From positions 30,954 to 94,953 of the forward strand of contig NZ_JANFYZ010000002.1 of assembly GCF_024460775.1 (NCBI RefSeq): a stretch of 64,000 bases of DNA, given 5' to 3'. This stretch comes from Desulfovibrio desulfuricans (lineage in GTDB: Bacteria > Desulfobacterota > Desulfovibrionia > Desulfovibrionales > Desulfovibrionaceae). Under the pieces are notes generated by a model. It saw only the letters and a list, made by a program, of their open reading frames with translations, was not told where the DNA came from and did no database searches. A program made the translations under genes and the position numbers. The stretch's first letter is position 1. Each line of letters starts with the position of its first letter. This document shows positions 18,241 to 27,573 of this stretch, one piece after another.

Positions 18241-20679
18241 CTACTGCGCAGGCTGATTCTTGTCGTCATCGTGCTTTTCGGGCCGCAGAATGCGGCTGAT
18301 GGGCAGCGCCGTGGCCCGGCCGGAGAAGATTTCTTCTGCCGTGGCGGCAAGGGCCTGAGGCAGCACTTCATCCACATGGTCAACAAAAACGATCTCCAGG
18401 TCGCGCAGCACTTCGTCCGGCACTTCCTTGAGGTCTTTTTCATTATCGCGGGGCATGATCACTTTTTTGATACCGCTGCGGCGCGCTGCCAGCAATTTCT
18501 CTCGCAGCCCGCCGATGGGCAGCACCCTGCCGCGCAAGGAGATTTCGCCGGTCATGGCTACATCGTTGCGCACGGGAATGCCCAGCAGGGCGGAGGTGAT
18601 GGACGTCGCCAGGGTGATGCCCGCCGAGGGGCCGTCCTTGGGCGTTGCGCCAGCAGGCACGTGCACGTGGATATCTATCTTGCGGTGGAAGCGGGGATCA
18701 AGGCCCAGCACTTCAGCCCGTGAACGCACATACGAAAGGGCCGCCTTGGCAGATTCCGTCATGACTTCGCCAAGCTGACCCGTAGTCACCACATGGCCGG
18801 AACCTGCCATGAGGCTGGTTTCGACCAGCAGAATTTCGCCGCCGCGCTGGTTATAGGCAAGGCCAGCGCACACACCCACCTGAGGTTCGCTTTCGCGTTC
18901 GTCATGGCGGTATTTTTTTACGCCCAGCATGGAAGGCAGGCTCTGGCGGGAGATGTTGACGCACTTTTCGGTGTCGTCGTCTTCCACAAGCTTGATGGCG
19001 GTTTTGCGGCACAGGGCGGCAATTTCGCGTTCAAGGTTACGCACCCCGGCCTCGCGCGTGTAGGAGCGGATGATCTCGAGAATGGCGTTGTCCGACACGC
19101 GGATGTTGCCTTCCTTGAGGCCGTGCTCCTCCAGCTGGCGGGGCAGCAGGAAGCGGCGGGCGATGTGGCGTTTTTCCGTTTCAAGGTAGCTGTTGAGCTC
19201 GATGATCTCCATGCGGTCAAGCAGCGGCACAGGGATGGAGTGCAGCGAGTTGGCCGTGGTGATAAAGAAAACTTTGGAAAGATCATACTCCAGATCAAGG
19301 TAGTGATCCATGAAGGTATTGTTCTGTTCCGGGTCGAGCACTTCCAGCAGGGCCGAGGCGGGGTCGCCACGGTAGTCGGAGGTCATCTTGTCCACTTCGT
19401 CCAGGCAGAAGAGGGGATTGTTGAACTTCACCCGCTTGAGGGACTGGATGATCTTGCCCGGCAGCGCGCCCACATAGGTGCGGCGGTGCCCCCGGATTTC
19501 GGCCTCGTCGCGCACGCCGCCAAGGGAGAGGCGCACAAAATCGCGCCCTGTGGCGCGGGCCACGGACTTGGCAAGCGAGGTTTTACCCACGCCGGGGGGG
19601 CCGACAAAGCAGAGGATGGGGCCTTTGAGCCCCTGGGAAAGCTTCTGCACGGCAAGGTATTCCAGAATGCGTTCCTTGGGCTTTTCAAGGCCAAAGTGGT
19701 CGCCGTCCAGAATTGCGCGCGCCTTTTCAAGGTTGATGTCTATCTGCTTGAGGTCGTTCCAGGGCAGATCCAGAATCCAGTCCACATAGTTGCGCACAAC
19801 CGTGTATTCCGCCGCAGAGGGCGGCATGCTGCGCAGCTTTCTGGCTTCGGAGAGCGCCTTTTCGCGCGCTTCTTCCGGCATATCGCGGGCCTTGAGCTTC
19901 TGCTCTATTTCGTCAACTTCGGCCTGGGGGTCGTCATCGCGCCCCATTTCCTTGTTGATGGCCTTGATCTGCTCATTGAGGTAATATTCGCGCTGGTTGC
20001 GCTCCATCTGCACCTTGACGCGGTTCTTGATGCGCTTTTCAACCGTGGCAAGGGCCACCTCGCCCTGCAAAAGCTCATAGGCAAGCTCAAGGCGCTGGGT
20101 GGCGTCGTCGATCTCAAGGGCTTCCTGCTTTTTGCGGTAATCAACCTTGAGGTGCGGGATGATGGCATCGGCCAGAGGGCCGATTTCCTGCAAGGCAAGA
20201 ATGGAGAGCACGGCCTCCTGCGAAATCTTTTTGTTGTTCTTGCCGTATTCTTCAAGCGCCTCGTGCACGGCGCGCACCAGAGCCTCGCGCTCTTCGGGGC
20301 GGCTCTGCTTTTCGGCGCGGCGGCGCACGCCCACCATGGCGCACTGCTCGTCTTCGTGCAGGTTTTCCCAAGTGGCGCGATATACGCCTTCAAACAGCAC
20401 CTTGATGGTGCCGTCGGGCAGGCGCAGCATCTGAAGCACCTTGCTGACCACGCCTACAGGCGAAAGATCCTGAGCATCGGGCTTTTCCAGCTCCGGCTCG
20501 CGCTGGGCCACAAGAAATATCTGCTTGCTGTAGGTGGCCTGTGCGGCTTCGATGGCCTTGATGGAGGCCTCGCGCCCCACAAAGAGCGGCATGATGGAGC
20601 GGGGGAACATGACCACCTCGCGCAAAGGCATGATGGGCAGTTCAATATAAGCGTCAGAGCCGCGCATTTCGTCTGTCAT
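18241..20679 (-). CDS. lon: ATP-dependent protease Lon (La)
   Basis: 812 aa. Lon N-terminal substrate domain. Walker [10 protein letters not shown]. Catalytic serine motif [14 protein letters not shown] and downstream lysine. Confidence 0.96.
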   Translation of the reverse strand: MTDEMRGSDAYIELPIMPLREVVMFPRSIMPLFVGREASIKAIEAAQATYSKQIFLVAQREPELEKPDAQDLSPVGVVSKVLQMLRLPDGTIKVLFEGVYRATWENLHEDEQCAMVGVRRRAEKQSRPEEREALVRAVHEALEEYGKNNKKISQEAVLSILALQEIGPLADAIIPHLKVDYRKKQEALEIDDATQRLELAYELLQGEVALATVEKRIKNRVKVQMERNQREYYLNEQIKAINKEMGRDDDPQAEVDEIEQKLKARDMPEEAREKALSEARKLRSMPPSAAEYTVVRNYVDWILDLPWNDLKQIDINLEKARAILDGDHFGLEKPKERILEYLAVQKLSQGLKGPILCFVGPPGVGKTSLAKSVARATGRDFVRLSLGGVRDEAEIRGHRRTYVGALPGKIIQSLKRVKFNNPLFCLDEVDKMTSDYRGDPASALLEVLDPEQNNTFMDHYLDLEYDLSKVFFITTANSLHSIPVPLLDRMEIIELNSYLETEKRHIARRFLLPRQLEEHGLKEGNIRVSDNAILEIIRSYTREAGVRNLEREIAALCRKTAIKLVEDDDTEKCVNISRQSLPSMLGVKKYRHDERESEPQVGVCAGLAYNQRGGEILLVETSLMAGSGHVVTTGQLGEVMTESAKAALSYVRSRAEVLGLDPRFHRKIDIHVHVPAGATPKDGPSAGITLATSITSALLGIPVRNDVAMTGEISLRGRVLPIGGLREKLLAARRSGIKKVIMPRDNEKDLKEVPDEVLRDLEIVFVDHVDEVLPQALAATAEEIFSGRATALPISRILRPEKHDDDKNQPAQ

Positions 20680-20979
20680 AATTCTCCCCTGAAAAAAAGC
20701 CGGACGGCGGCCTGCGCCGCCCGGCGGAACTTAGAGCTTTTTTGCCGTGAAATGCCTGCGTCAGGCGGGGTGTTTGCTGTTGCCCTGCGGCTGGCTGGCC
20801 GAAGAGCGCAAGGGTCGCCTTGCAGTCTATTCCACAGCGCGGATTTGAGGAAAACCCGCACGGTGCGCCGCAACTCTAATGTTGCCAACGCGCCAGCTTT
20901 AACCTGCGGGGTCAAGCCATTGGCGGTACCCCTTTACGTGCCTGCTGCATGGCAGAACGCGCGCAATTCAGGCGGCTGG

Positions 20980-22272
20980 CTAAGAGGCCTTGTCGCCCCC
21001 GGCCTGGGCCTTGGACGTATCGGCGTTTTCTGCCTTGTCGCCAAACAGCAGCACCGGTTCCTTGCCCTTGTCGATAACAGCCTGATTGATCAGGCATTCG
21101 CGCACATTGGGCAGGGAAGGCAGCTTGAACATGATGTCGAGCATGGTGCGTTCCATCACGTTGCGCAGGCCGCGAGCGCCCGTTTTGCGCTCAATGGCTT
21201 TGGCGGCAATGGCCTTGAGGGCATTGGGCGTAAAGCGCAGGTCAACATTCTCAAGCTCAAAAAGCTTCTGGTACTGGCGCACCAGAGCGTTCTTGGGTTC
21301 GGTGAGAATGCGCACCAGATCGGGTTCGTCCAATTCGTCCACATGGGTGATGATGGGGATACGGCCCACAAATTCGGGGATGAGGCCGAACTTCACCAGA
21401 TCTTGCGGATGCACCTTGTCGAGCAGTTCGCCAAGGGGCATTTCCTTGCTGGCGCGCACCTTGGCGCCAAACCCCATTGCGCCGCCGCTCATGCGGCCGC
21501 CCACGATCTTGTCCAGACCCACAAAAGCGCCGCCCACGATGAACAGGATGTTGCTCGTGTTCATGCGGATAAATTCCTGCTGGGGGTGCTTGCGCCCGCC
21601 CTTGGGAGGAATATTGGCCTCGGTGCCTTCGATGATCTTGAGCAGGGCCTGCTGCACGCCTTCGCCGGAGACGTCGCGCGTGATGGAGGGGCCATCGCCC
21701 TTGCGGGAAATCTTGTCGATTTCGTCAATATAAATGATGCCCTTGCTGGCGGCTTCCAGATCATAGTCCGCATTCTGGAGCAGTTGCACCAGGATGTTTT
21801 CCACGTCTTCGCCCACATAGCCAGCTTCCGTGAGGGTCGTGGCGTCGGCAATGGCAAAGGGCACGCGCAGAACGCGGGCCAAAGTTTTGGCAAGCAGGGT
21901 TTTACCGCTGCCCGAGGGGCCGACAAGGAGGATGTTGCTTTTTTCAAGCTCAACCTCGTCGCCCAGGGCGCTGGCGTAAAACACCCGCTTGTAGTGGTTG
22001 TGCACCGCTACAGAAAGGATTTTCTTGGCCTCGTTCTGTCCGATGACATACTGGTCAAGGCGATCCTTGATTTCCTGGGGCGAAAGAAGGCGTTCTTCGC
22101 TCTGGGGGCTTTCCATCTGGTCGCGGGCGATAATTTCGTTGCAGGCCTTGATGCATTTGTCGCAAATGCTGGCGCCGTCCTGCACGATGAGATTGCGAAC
22201 CTCAAGCTCGCTGCGCCCGCAAAAGGAGCAGCGCAGGGGTTCGCTCACCGTAGGTTTATCGTTCTTGGCCAT
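20980..22272 (-). CDS. clpX: ATP-dependent Clp protease ATP-binding subunit ClpX (start at MAKNDKP; ORF opens at 22326)
   Basis: N-terminal C4 zinc finger CSFCGRS...CDKC. Walker A GPSGSGKT. Signature IGFGA pore loop. Confidence 0.95.
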   Translation of the reverse strand: MAKNDKPTVSEPLRCSFCGRSELEVRNLIVQDGASICDKCIKACNEIIARDQMESPQSEERLLSPQEIKDRLDQYVIGQNEAKKILSVAVHNHYKRVFYASALGDEVELEKSNILLVGPSGSGKTLLAKTLARVLRVPFAIADATTLTEAGYVGEDVENILVQLLQNADYDLEAASKGIIYIDEIDKISRKGDGPSITRDVSGEGVQQALLKIIEGTEANIPPKGGRKHPQQEFIRMNTSNILFIVGGAFVGLDKIVGGRMSGGAMGFGAKVRASKEMPLGELLDKVHPQDLVKFGLIPEFVGRIPIITHVDELDEPDLVRILTEPKNALVRQYQKLFELENVDLRFTPNALKAIAAKAIERKTGARGLRNVMERTMLDIMFKLPSLPNVRECLINQAVIDKGKEPVLLFGDKAENADTSKAQAGGDKAS

Positions 22273-22273
22273 A

Positions 22274-22882
22274 TTACTCGCTCTTTTCCTGAGCCATTTC
22301 ATTGCGCGATACAAGCACGCGGTCAATGATGCCGAGTTCCTTGGCTTCCTCAGGAGTCAAAAAGTTATCGCGTTCGGTAGCTTTGACAATATCCTTGTAG
22401 GGACGGCCCGTGTTGTCGGCCAGCATGCGGTTGAGGCGTTCCTTGAGGCGCAGCACCTCGCGCGCGTGGATTTCAATATCCGTGGCCTGGCCCTGAAAAC
22501 CGCCCGAAGGCTGGTGAATCATGATCTGACTGTTGGGCAAAGCAAAACGCATGCCAGGCTTGCCAGCGGCCAGCAAGAATGCGCCCATGCTGGCGGCGCG
22601 GCCCATGCACACAGTCGCCACAGGCGAGGAGATAAAGCGCATGGTGTCATAAATGGCAAGCCCGGCGGTAACAGAGCCGCCGGGGGAATTTATGTAGAGA
22701 TAGATTTCTTTTTCGGGGTCTTGCGATTCAAGGAAGAGCAACTGGGCGCAGATGAGGGAAGCAACGGTATCGTTGACCTCGGAGCCAAGCAAAACGATGC
22801 GGTCCTTGAGCAGACGCGAATAGATGTCATAGGCCCGCTCGGAGCGGCCTGTGGTTTCAATAACCATGGGGACAAGCGACAT
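22274..22882 (-). CDS. clpP: ATP-dependent Clp protease proteolytic subunit ClpP (start at MSLVP; ORF opens at 22933)
   Basis: [12 protein letters not shown] (catalytic Ser region) and the ...MIHQPSGG... His region. Confidence 0.95.
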   Translation of the reverse strand: MSLVPMVIETTGRSERAYDIYSRLLKDRIVLLGSEVNDTVASLICAQLLFLESQDPEKEIYLYINSPGGSVTAGLAIYDTMRFISSPVATVCMGRAASMGAFLLAAGKPGMRFALPNSQIMIHQPSGGFQGQATDIEIHAREVLRLKERLNRMLADNTGRPYKDIVKATERDNFLTPEEAKELGIIDRVLVSRNEMAQEKSE

Positions 22883-22979
22883 ATGAGCCTCTTGGCACGG
22901 CGTGTGGGCCGGTTGGGTGCGGTGTTGCCGCAAAATAAAACCAAAAGGCGGCCTTAAGGCCGCCTCCCTTATACTTCAG

Positions 22980-24323
22980 TTAGTCCTGAGCGCTGGCGGG
23001 TGCGCCCGGCGCGGCGTCGCCCTCGGCTGGCGCCTTGGGCTCCACTTCGGTCACCTTGGACTTGGCGTAGATCAGATCCATGGCCTTGTCGGCCAGCATG
23101 CGGTCACGCAGCACAAAGATCATTCCCGAGCGTTCATAGCTTTCACGCAGGGTCTTGAAATCTTCGCCAGTGCGCATGCTCATCTGGTAAATCTGAGTGT
23201 TGACCTCATTGTCGGTAACGTCAAGTGCTTCTTTCTTGGCGATGGAAAGCAGCAGAACCTGCGAGCGGGCCAGTTCGTCAGCCTGGGGCTGCACTTCGGC
23301 GCGCAGTTCGTCCATGCTTTTGCCAAGAGAATCAAGGCTGCGGCCCTGACGTTCAAAGCGGGCGGCCATGTCGCCCAGCAGGGTGCGCACCTGGGTGTCC
23401 ACAAGGCTGGGGGGCAGTTCAAATTCAACCATCTTCAGCAGACGGTCAAGCAGGGTCTTCTGCGCGGCGCTCTTGTTGAGGTTGACGCGGCTCTGGGTGT
23501 AGCTGCCGGTGATGGCTTCGCGCAGTTTTTCCACGCTTTCAAGGCCAACGGTCTTGGCGAGGTCGTCGTTCAGTTCAGGAAGCTTGCGCTCCTTGATGGC
23601 GTGCACGCGTACCTTCATGGTGACGGTTTTGCCTGCCAGATCCTTGGCAAGAAAATCTTCGGGGAAGGTGATCTGGCCTTCGCCTTCTTCGCCGTAGCGG
23701 ATGGTCTTCACCAGGGCTTCAAAATCTTCAAGAGCCTGACGTTCGCCAAGGGCGAGGTCAAAGCTTTCGGCCTTCACGCCTTCCAGGGGTTCGCCGTTTT
23801 CAAAGGCGGCAAAGTCGATGGTGGCAACCTGACCGTCCACAGCGGGGCCAGCGCCTTCAACGGGCACAAGCTCGCCACGGTCGCGGCGGATGCGGTCGAT
23901 AACTTCCTGCACTTCCTTTTCGTCCACGACCACTTTTTCCTGCTCCACTTCCATGCCTTCATAAGGAGGAAGGGTGAAGGAGGGCAGCACTTCAAATTCG
24001 ACGCTGTATTCGTAGCCCTGACCGCGTTCAAAGGTGCCCTTGGCGTCCACGTCAACGCCGGCGAGGGGCGAAACGTCGAGCTTCTGCATCACGTCGTTGA
24101 TGTGGACGTTGATCAGATCCTGGCGGGCTTCTTCATAAATCTTGTCGCGGAAGCGCTGCTCGATGACCGACGCCGGAACCTTGCCCTTGCGGAAACCGTC
24201 CAGCTGCACCGATGTTTTGTACAGCGCCACGGCGCCCATGATGGCTGCTTCCACTTCCTGGGCTTCGGTGGTGATGACGACCTTTTTTCTGACCGGCGAA
24301 ATGTCTTCTGCGCTATATTCCAC
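22980..24323 (-). CDS. tig: trigger factor (ribosome-associated PPIase chaperone)
   Basis: 447 aa. N-terminal ribosome-binding signature GFRKGKVP. Sits in the conserved position upstream of clpP-clpX-lon. Confidence 0.93.
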   Translation of the reverse strand: MEYSAEDISPVRKKVVITTEAQEVEAAIMGAVALYKTSVQLDGFRKGKVPASVIEQRFRDKIYEEARQDLINVHINDVMQKLDVSPLAGVDVDAKGTFERGQGYEYSVEFEVLPSFTLPPYEGMEVEQEKVVVDEKEVQEVIDRIRRDRGELVPVEGAGPAVDGQVATIDFAAFENGEPLEGVKAESFDLALGERQALEDFEALVKTIRYGEEGEGQITFPEDFLAKDLAGKTVTMKVRVHAIKERKLPELNDDLAKTVGLESVEKLREAITGSYTQSRVNLNKSAAQKTLLDRLLKMVEFELPPSLVDTQVRTLLGDMAARFERQGRSLDSLGKSMDELRAEVQPQADELARSQVLLLSIAKKEALDVTDNEVNTQIYQMSMRTGEDFKTLRESYERSGMIFVLRDRMLADKAMDLIYAKSKVTEVEPKAPAEGDAAPGAPASAQD

Positions 24324-24351
24324 GAGGGACTCCTTTTCTTGGTGAGGTAGA

Positions 24352-24435
24352 TGGTGCGAGAGGGGGGACTTGAACCCCCATACCAGTGGTGCTGGATTCT
24401 AAGTCCAGTGCGTCTACCAATTCCGCCACTCTCGC
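24352..24435 (-). tRNA. tRNA-Leu (anticodon UAG)
   Basis: Hand-folded from the reverse complement: 7-bp acceptor GCGAGAG/CUCUCGC, U8, D-arm GGCGGAAUUGGUAGACGC, anticodon stem CUGGA/UCCAG with loop CU-UAG-AA, long variable arm, T-arm GGGGGUUCAAGUCCCCC, discriminator A plus CCA. Very similar to E. coli tRNA-Leu. Confidence 0.9.
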
Positions 24436-24680
24436 AAAGCGTGTTTCCATAGCACACTTGCCGGTGGGCTGCAAGCCGTGAGCGGCGCGCCTGATGCCGG
24501 GTCTGTGCCGGGCGGGAGGGCGTTAACCGAAAATCTCCGTCATAAATAAGTCGCAATGGCGGTACGGCAAGCAATTTTTTTTAAAAAACTGGCCGAAATT
24601 ACTATCCCGGTGCGGAGCGCGCGGCGCGTGGACGGCATGCGCCGCATATCCAGCTCAGACTCGGCCGCACCCGTGCGGCT

Positions 24681-25739
24681 TCAGCGCAGCACCAGGGCTG
24701 CGCCGTCAGGCCTTGGTGCAATAATCTCGCCCACCTCGCAGGCCAGATCACCCCCGGCCAGCAGCATTTCGCGGGCCTGCGGCACCAGCTCTGGCGGCAC
24801 GGCCAGCAGCAGCCCGCCGGAGGTCTGCGCGTCAAAGGCGAGGCTCGTGAGCGCTTCGTCCACGCCGTCTTCCACACGAGTGGAACAAGCCCAATATTTT
24901 CGGTTCAGGTGGCTGCCTGCGGGTATAAGCCCATCGCGCGCGTACTCAAGGGCCCGAGGCATGAGGGGCAGTGCCTCGGCATTCAAGACCACGGTAACGC
25001 CCGAGGCAAGGGCCATTTCAAGCGCGTGCCCGCCAAGGCCAAAGCCTGTTATGTCTGTGGCTGCGGCGATTTTGAGGTCGCGCACGACGCCTCCGGCAAC
25101 ACTGTTGAGGCGGGAGCACCAGCGTGTTACCTCGGCCTCGCTTTCTTCGGCTCCATCCCAGCGGGCCTTGACCGCAGTGGCGAGCACTCCCGTGCCCAGC
25201 GGTTTGGTCAGCAACAGGGTCTGGCCCGGTTTCAGGCCATCGTTGCGGGCCATGTGGGAGGGGTCTATGATGCCCGTGACCGCCAGACCGTACTTGAGTT
25301 CCTCGTCCTGCACCGTGTGGCCGCCAGCCAGCACGGCCCCGGCCTCATTCATGGCGTCAAGGCCGCCGCGCAAAATGTTTTCCAGTATGTGCTGCGGGTC
25401 GTCCTCTGCCAGAGCCTGCGGAAAAAAGGCCACGTTCATGGCGCTCCACGGCTGGCCGCCCATGGCGTAGACATCCGAAAGCGCGTTGGCGGCGGCAATG
25501 CGCCCAAAGGCAAAGGCATCGTTGACAATGGGCGCAAGAATATCCACGGTCTGCACCAGGGCGCAGCCAGGGGGAACGGTCAGCACCACGGCGTCTTCGT
25601 TCCGGGCGCGACCAGCCAGAACCCTGGCCTCAAGGTCAGGGCGCGTATCAGACGGCAGGCCGTGTAAAAGTCGCTCCAGGGCCCCTGGAGCCAGCTTGGC
25701 GGCTCAACCGGCCGCGCGGGCTTTTTCCAGCAGTTTCAT
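24681..25739 (-). CDS. selD: selenide, water dikinase (selenophosphate synthetase) SelD, a selenoprotein with in-frame UGA (Sec) at 25704-25706
   Basis: Hand translation upstream of the tracked ORF (24681-25589) stays in frame: AGGGAG RBS, ATG 25739, then MKLLEKARAAG-U-AAKLAPGALERLLHGLP... through a single TGA into ...VLTVPPGCALVQTVDILAPIVNDAFAFGRIAAANALSDVYAMGG and the rest of SelD (TDITGFGLGGH, DAQTSGGLLLAV). The UGA replaces the catalytic Cys of the E. coli GCGCK motif, as in Sec-type SelD. Confidence 0.85.
25660..25703 (-). promoter_or_regulatory. putative bacterial SECIS hairpin downstream of the selD UGA
   Basis: mRNA reads UGA GCC GCC AAG CUG GCU CCA GGG GCC CUG GAG CGA. That gives a GCUCCAG-GGGCC-CUGGAGC stem-loop starting ~10 nt after the UGA, with a G-rich apical loop ~20-25 nt downstream, the usual spacing for bacterial SECIS. 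Confidence 0.5.
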
Positions 25740-25906
25740 GCTGCGCTCCCTGGTATTTTTGTGTTCATCCGCCAAGTATGCCTTCTTGAAGGTAAAAGGT
25801 CAAAATGTGGCATATTGACGACTGAACCATTATAATGTGCAATGCCGAACTGGTGTAACGGGTTTTGCCGTCAGCGCAGGGTGCTGAAAAAATTAAGGAG
25901 ACGACC

Positions 25907-26608
25907 ATGATTGCGCGCCGTAAATGCGATCCGCTTCTTTTTTTGCAGATGTTGGTGCTGGCCTTGGGAATGCTGTTTCCTTGGCACGCGCAGGCGGCCA
26001 TGCACGATGGTTTTGTGCATGTCAGCGACAACTGCCAGAATATTATTCAGGAAATACGCTATTTTTCTTCCTATAACTTTGTTGGAGAGCGCATCAACGG
26101 ATATCTTGCGCCCCAGGCAATCTTGACCGAGCCTGCGGCGAATGCTCTGTGTAAGGCCGCAACTACGGCGGAAGAGAAAGGCTATACCCTGAAAATTTAT
26201 GACGCCTACCGCCCCCAGTCAGCAGTGGATCATTTTGTGCGCTGGGGCATGAACGCCGCCGACACCCGCATGAAGACGATTTTTTACCCGCAGGTGGACA
26301 AGGCGCGGGTTTTTGATCTGGGTTATGTTGCCACGCGCTCCGGGCATTCGCGCGGCAGCACGGTAGACCTCACCCTTGTTGACAGGCAGAGCGGCAAAGA
26401 GGTGGACATGGGCACCCCCTTTGACTTTTTTGGCGCGGCCTCGCACCACGGGGCCAAGGGGCTGAGCCCGCAGCAGGAGGCCAACCGGGCTGTGCTTCTG
26501 GGCCTTATGGAGAATGCCGGGTTCAAGCGCTATGAGGAAGAGTGGTGGCACTACACGCTTAAAAATGAGCCTTACACCGATACCTATTTCAATTTTCCGG
26601 TGGAATAA
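25907..26608 (+). CDS. VanX/DdpX-family D-alanyl-D-alanine dipeptidase (peptidase M15D)
   Basis: Signal-like N-terminus. M15D motifs YDAYRP, SGHSRGSTVDLTL (Zn-binding H/D) and EWWHY. AGGAG RBS before ATG at 25907 (ORF opens at 25865). Confidence 0.85.
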   Translation: MIARRKCDPLLFLQMLVLALGMLFPWHAQAAMHDGFVHVSDNCQNIIQEIRYFSSYNFVGERINGYLAPQAILTEPAANALCKAATTAEEKGYTLKIYDAYRPQSAVDHFVRWGMNAADTRMKTIFYPQVDKARVFDLGYVATRSGHSRGSTVDLTLVDRQSGKEVDMGTPFDFFGAASHHGAKGLSPQQEANRAVLLGLMENAGFKRYEEEWWHYTLKNEPYTDTYFNFPVE

Positions 26609-26703
26609 AATGAGGTACAGCGCATAACTACGGTAGATTTCTTCTTTTCATGCATAACCTTGCGGCGTAGCATGCTGGGCAATGTTCCTCGAAAGGATAT
26701 GCC

Positions 26704-27573
26704 GTGAAAGTTGTCGTTTGCGCGAAGAAGGATCTTGCAGGATGTGTCGCCCTTAACAGACTGCTGGCAGCCATTGCCCCCAGGCACGATGTTTTTGTGG
26801 TTCTTTCAGATTACGTGCTGGACGCGGAGTGCAGCAATGCCTATGCGGCAAGCCTTGTGGCCCATGAGCGGAACATGGTGCTTGAGCACATTCTGCCCTG
26901 GCTGGAAGCCCGCTTTCCCGAGGGCAATGAGGCGCAGTGTCAGACCTATGCGGGCCTGAAAAAGCGTTACGGCATTGATATGGAGATGTGGGGGCCCATG
27001 CGGTCGCCAGCCTCCCGGCAAGCCATGCGCGACCTTGCGCCTGACGTTGTCATCTCCTGCCGCTACGACTATGTTATTCCCACTGAAGTTATCGATATGC
27101 CCCGGCTTGGCACCTACGGCATGCATCCCGGCGCGCTGCCTGATCTGCAAGGTTTGTGCAGCCCTTTTCGGGCGATGGAGCATGGCAATGAACGCTCTGG
27201 CTGCACGCTTTTCCACCTTGACGCAGGGCTGGATACCGGCCCCATAGTGGAGATCGGCTGGTGGCCCATCAACTATGACCGCTCCCTGCTGTGGAACTTT
27301 GTGCATACCTATTTTGCGGGTATAGACGCCCTGCTGCGCCATCTGCCGGAACTGGAGGCGGGGCGCGAGCTGACAACCCATGTGCAGAGCAGCGAAGGGC
27401 GAAAATACTTCAGCTATCCCACCGAAGACGAGTTCCGCAGGTTTATCCGGAAGGGCGGGCAAATCGTCCTGCCCGAAGATTATCATGAAGTGCTGTCATG
27501 GTTTCTGCCCGGGGGCCTGGCAGATCCCGCCATGCCCGAACTGCGGGCGCTGGTCAGTTCGCTGGAGTCCTGA
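26704..27573 (+). CDS. Fmt-like formyltransferase (formyl_trans_N + C-terminal domain), GTG start
   Basis: Core SCRYDYVIPTEVIDMPRLGTYGMHPGALPDLQG..TLFHLDAGLDTGPIV matches the N10-formyl-THF-dependent formyltransferase fold (HxSLLPxxRG-like region and DxGxI). AGGA RBS. Confidence 0.75.
   Translation: MKVVVCAKKDLAGCVALNRLLAAIAPRHDVFVVLSDYVLDAECSNAYAASLVAHERNMVLEHILPWLEARFPEGNEAQCQTYAGLKKRYGIDMEMWGPMRSPASRQAMRDLAPDVVISCRYDYVIPTEVIDMPRLGTYGMHPGALPDLQGLCSPFRAMEHGNERSGCTLFHLDAGLDTGPIVEIGWWPINYDRSLLWNFVHTYFAGIDALLRHLPELEAGRELTTHVQSSEGRKYFSYPTEDEFRRFIRKGGQIVLPEDYHEVLSWFLPGGLADPAMPELRALVSSLES

Noticed and set aside
20680-20979. 300-bp gap between lon and clpX as a possible small gene
   Set aside because: The only ORF (79 aa, 20676-20915) is low-complexity. 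The gap is better explained as the lon promoter/5-prime UTR (heat-shock regulated in other bacteria), and no specific promoter motif could be confirmed by eye.
18793-22329. 1178-aa plus-strand ORF spanning lon and clpX antisense
   Set aside because: It is opposite to Lon and ClpX, which carry complete catalytic motifs. The translation is a low-complexity antisense artefact.
22902-24350. 482-aa plus-strand ORF antisense to tig
   Set aside because: Trigger factor on the minus strand is well supported, and the antisense translation has no recognisable domain.
24556-25667. Plus-strand ORFs (304 aa, 252 aa) overlapping selD
   Set aside because: They are antisense to a strongly supported selD, including its Sec-containing N-terminus.
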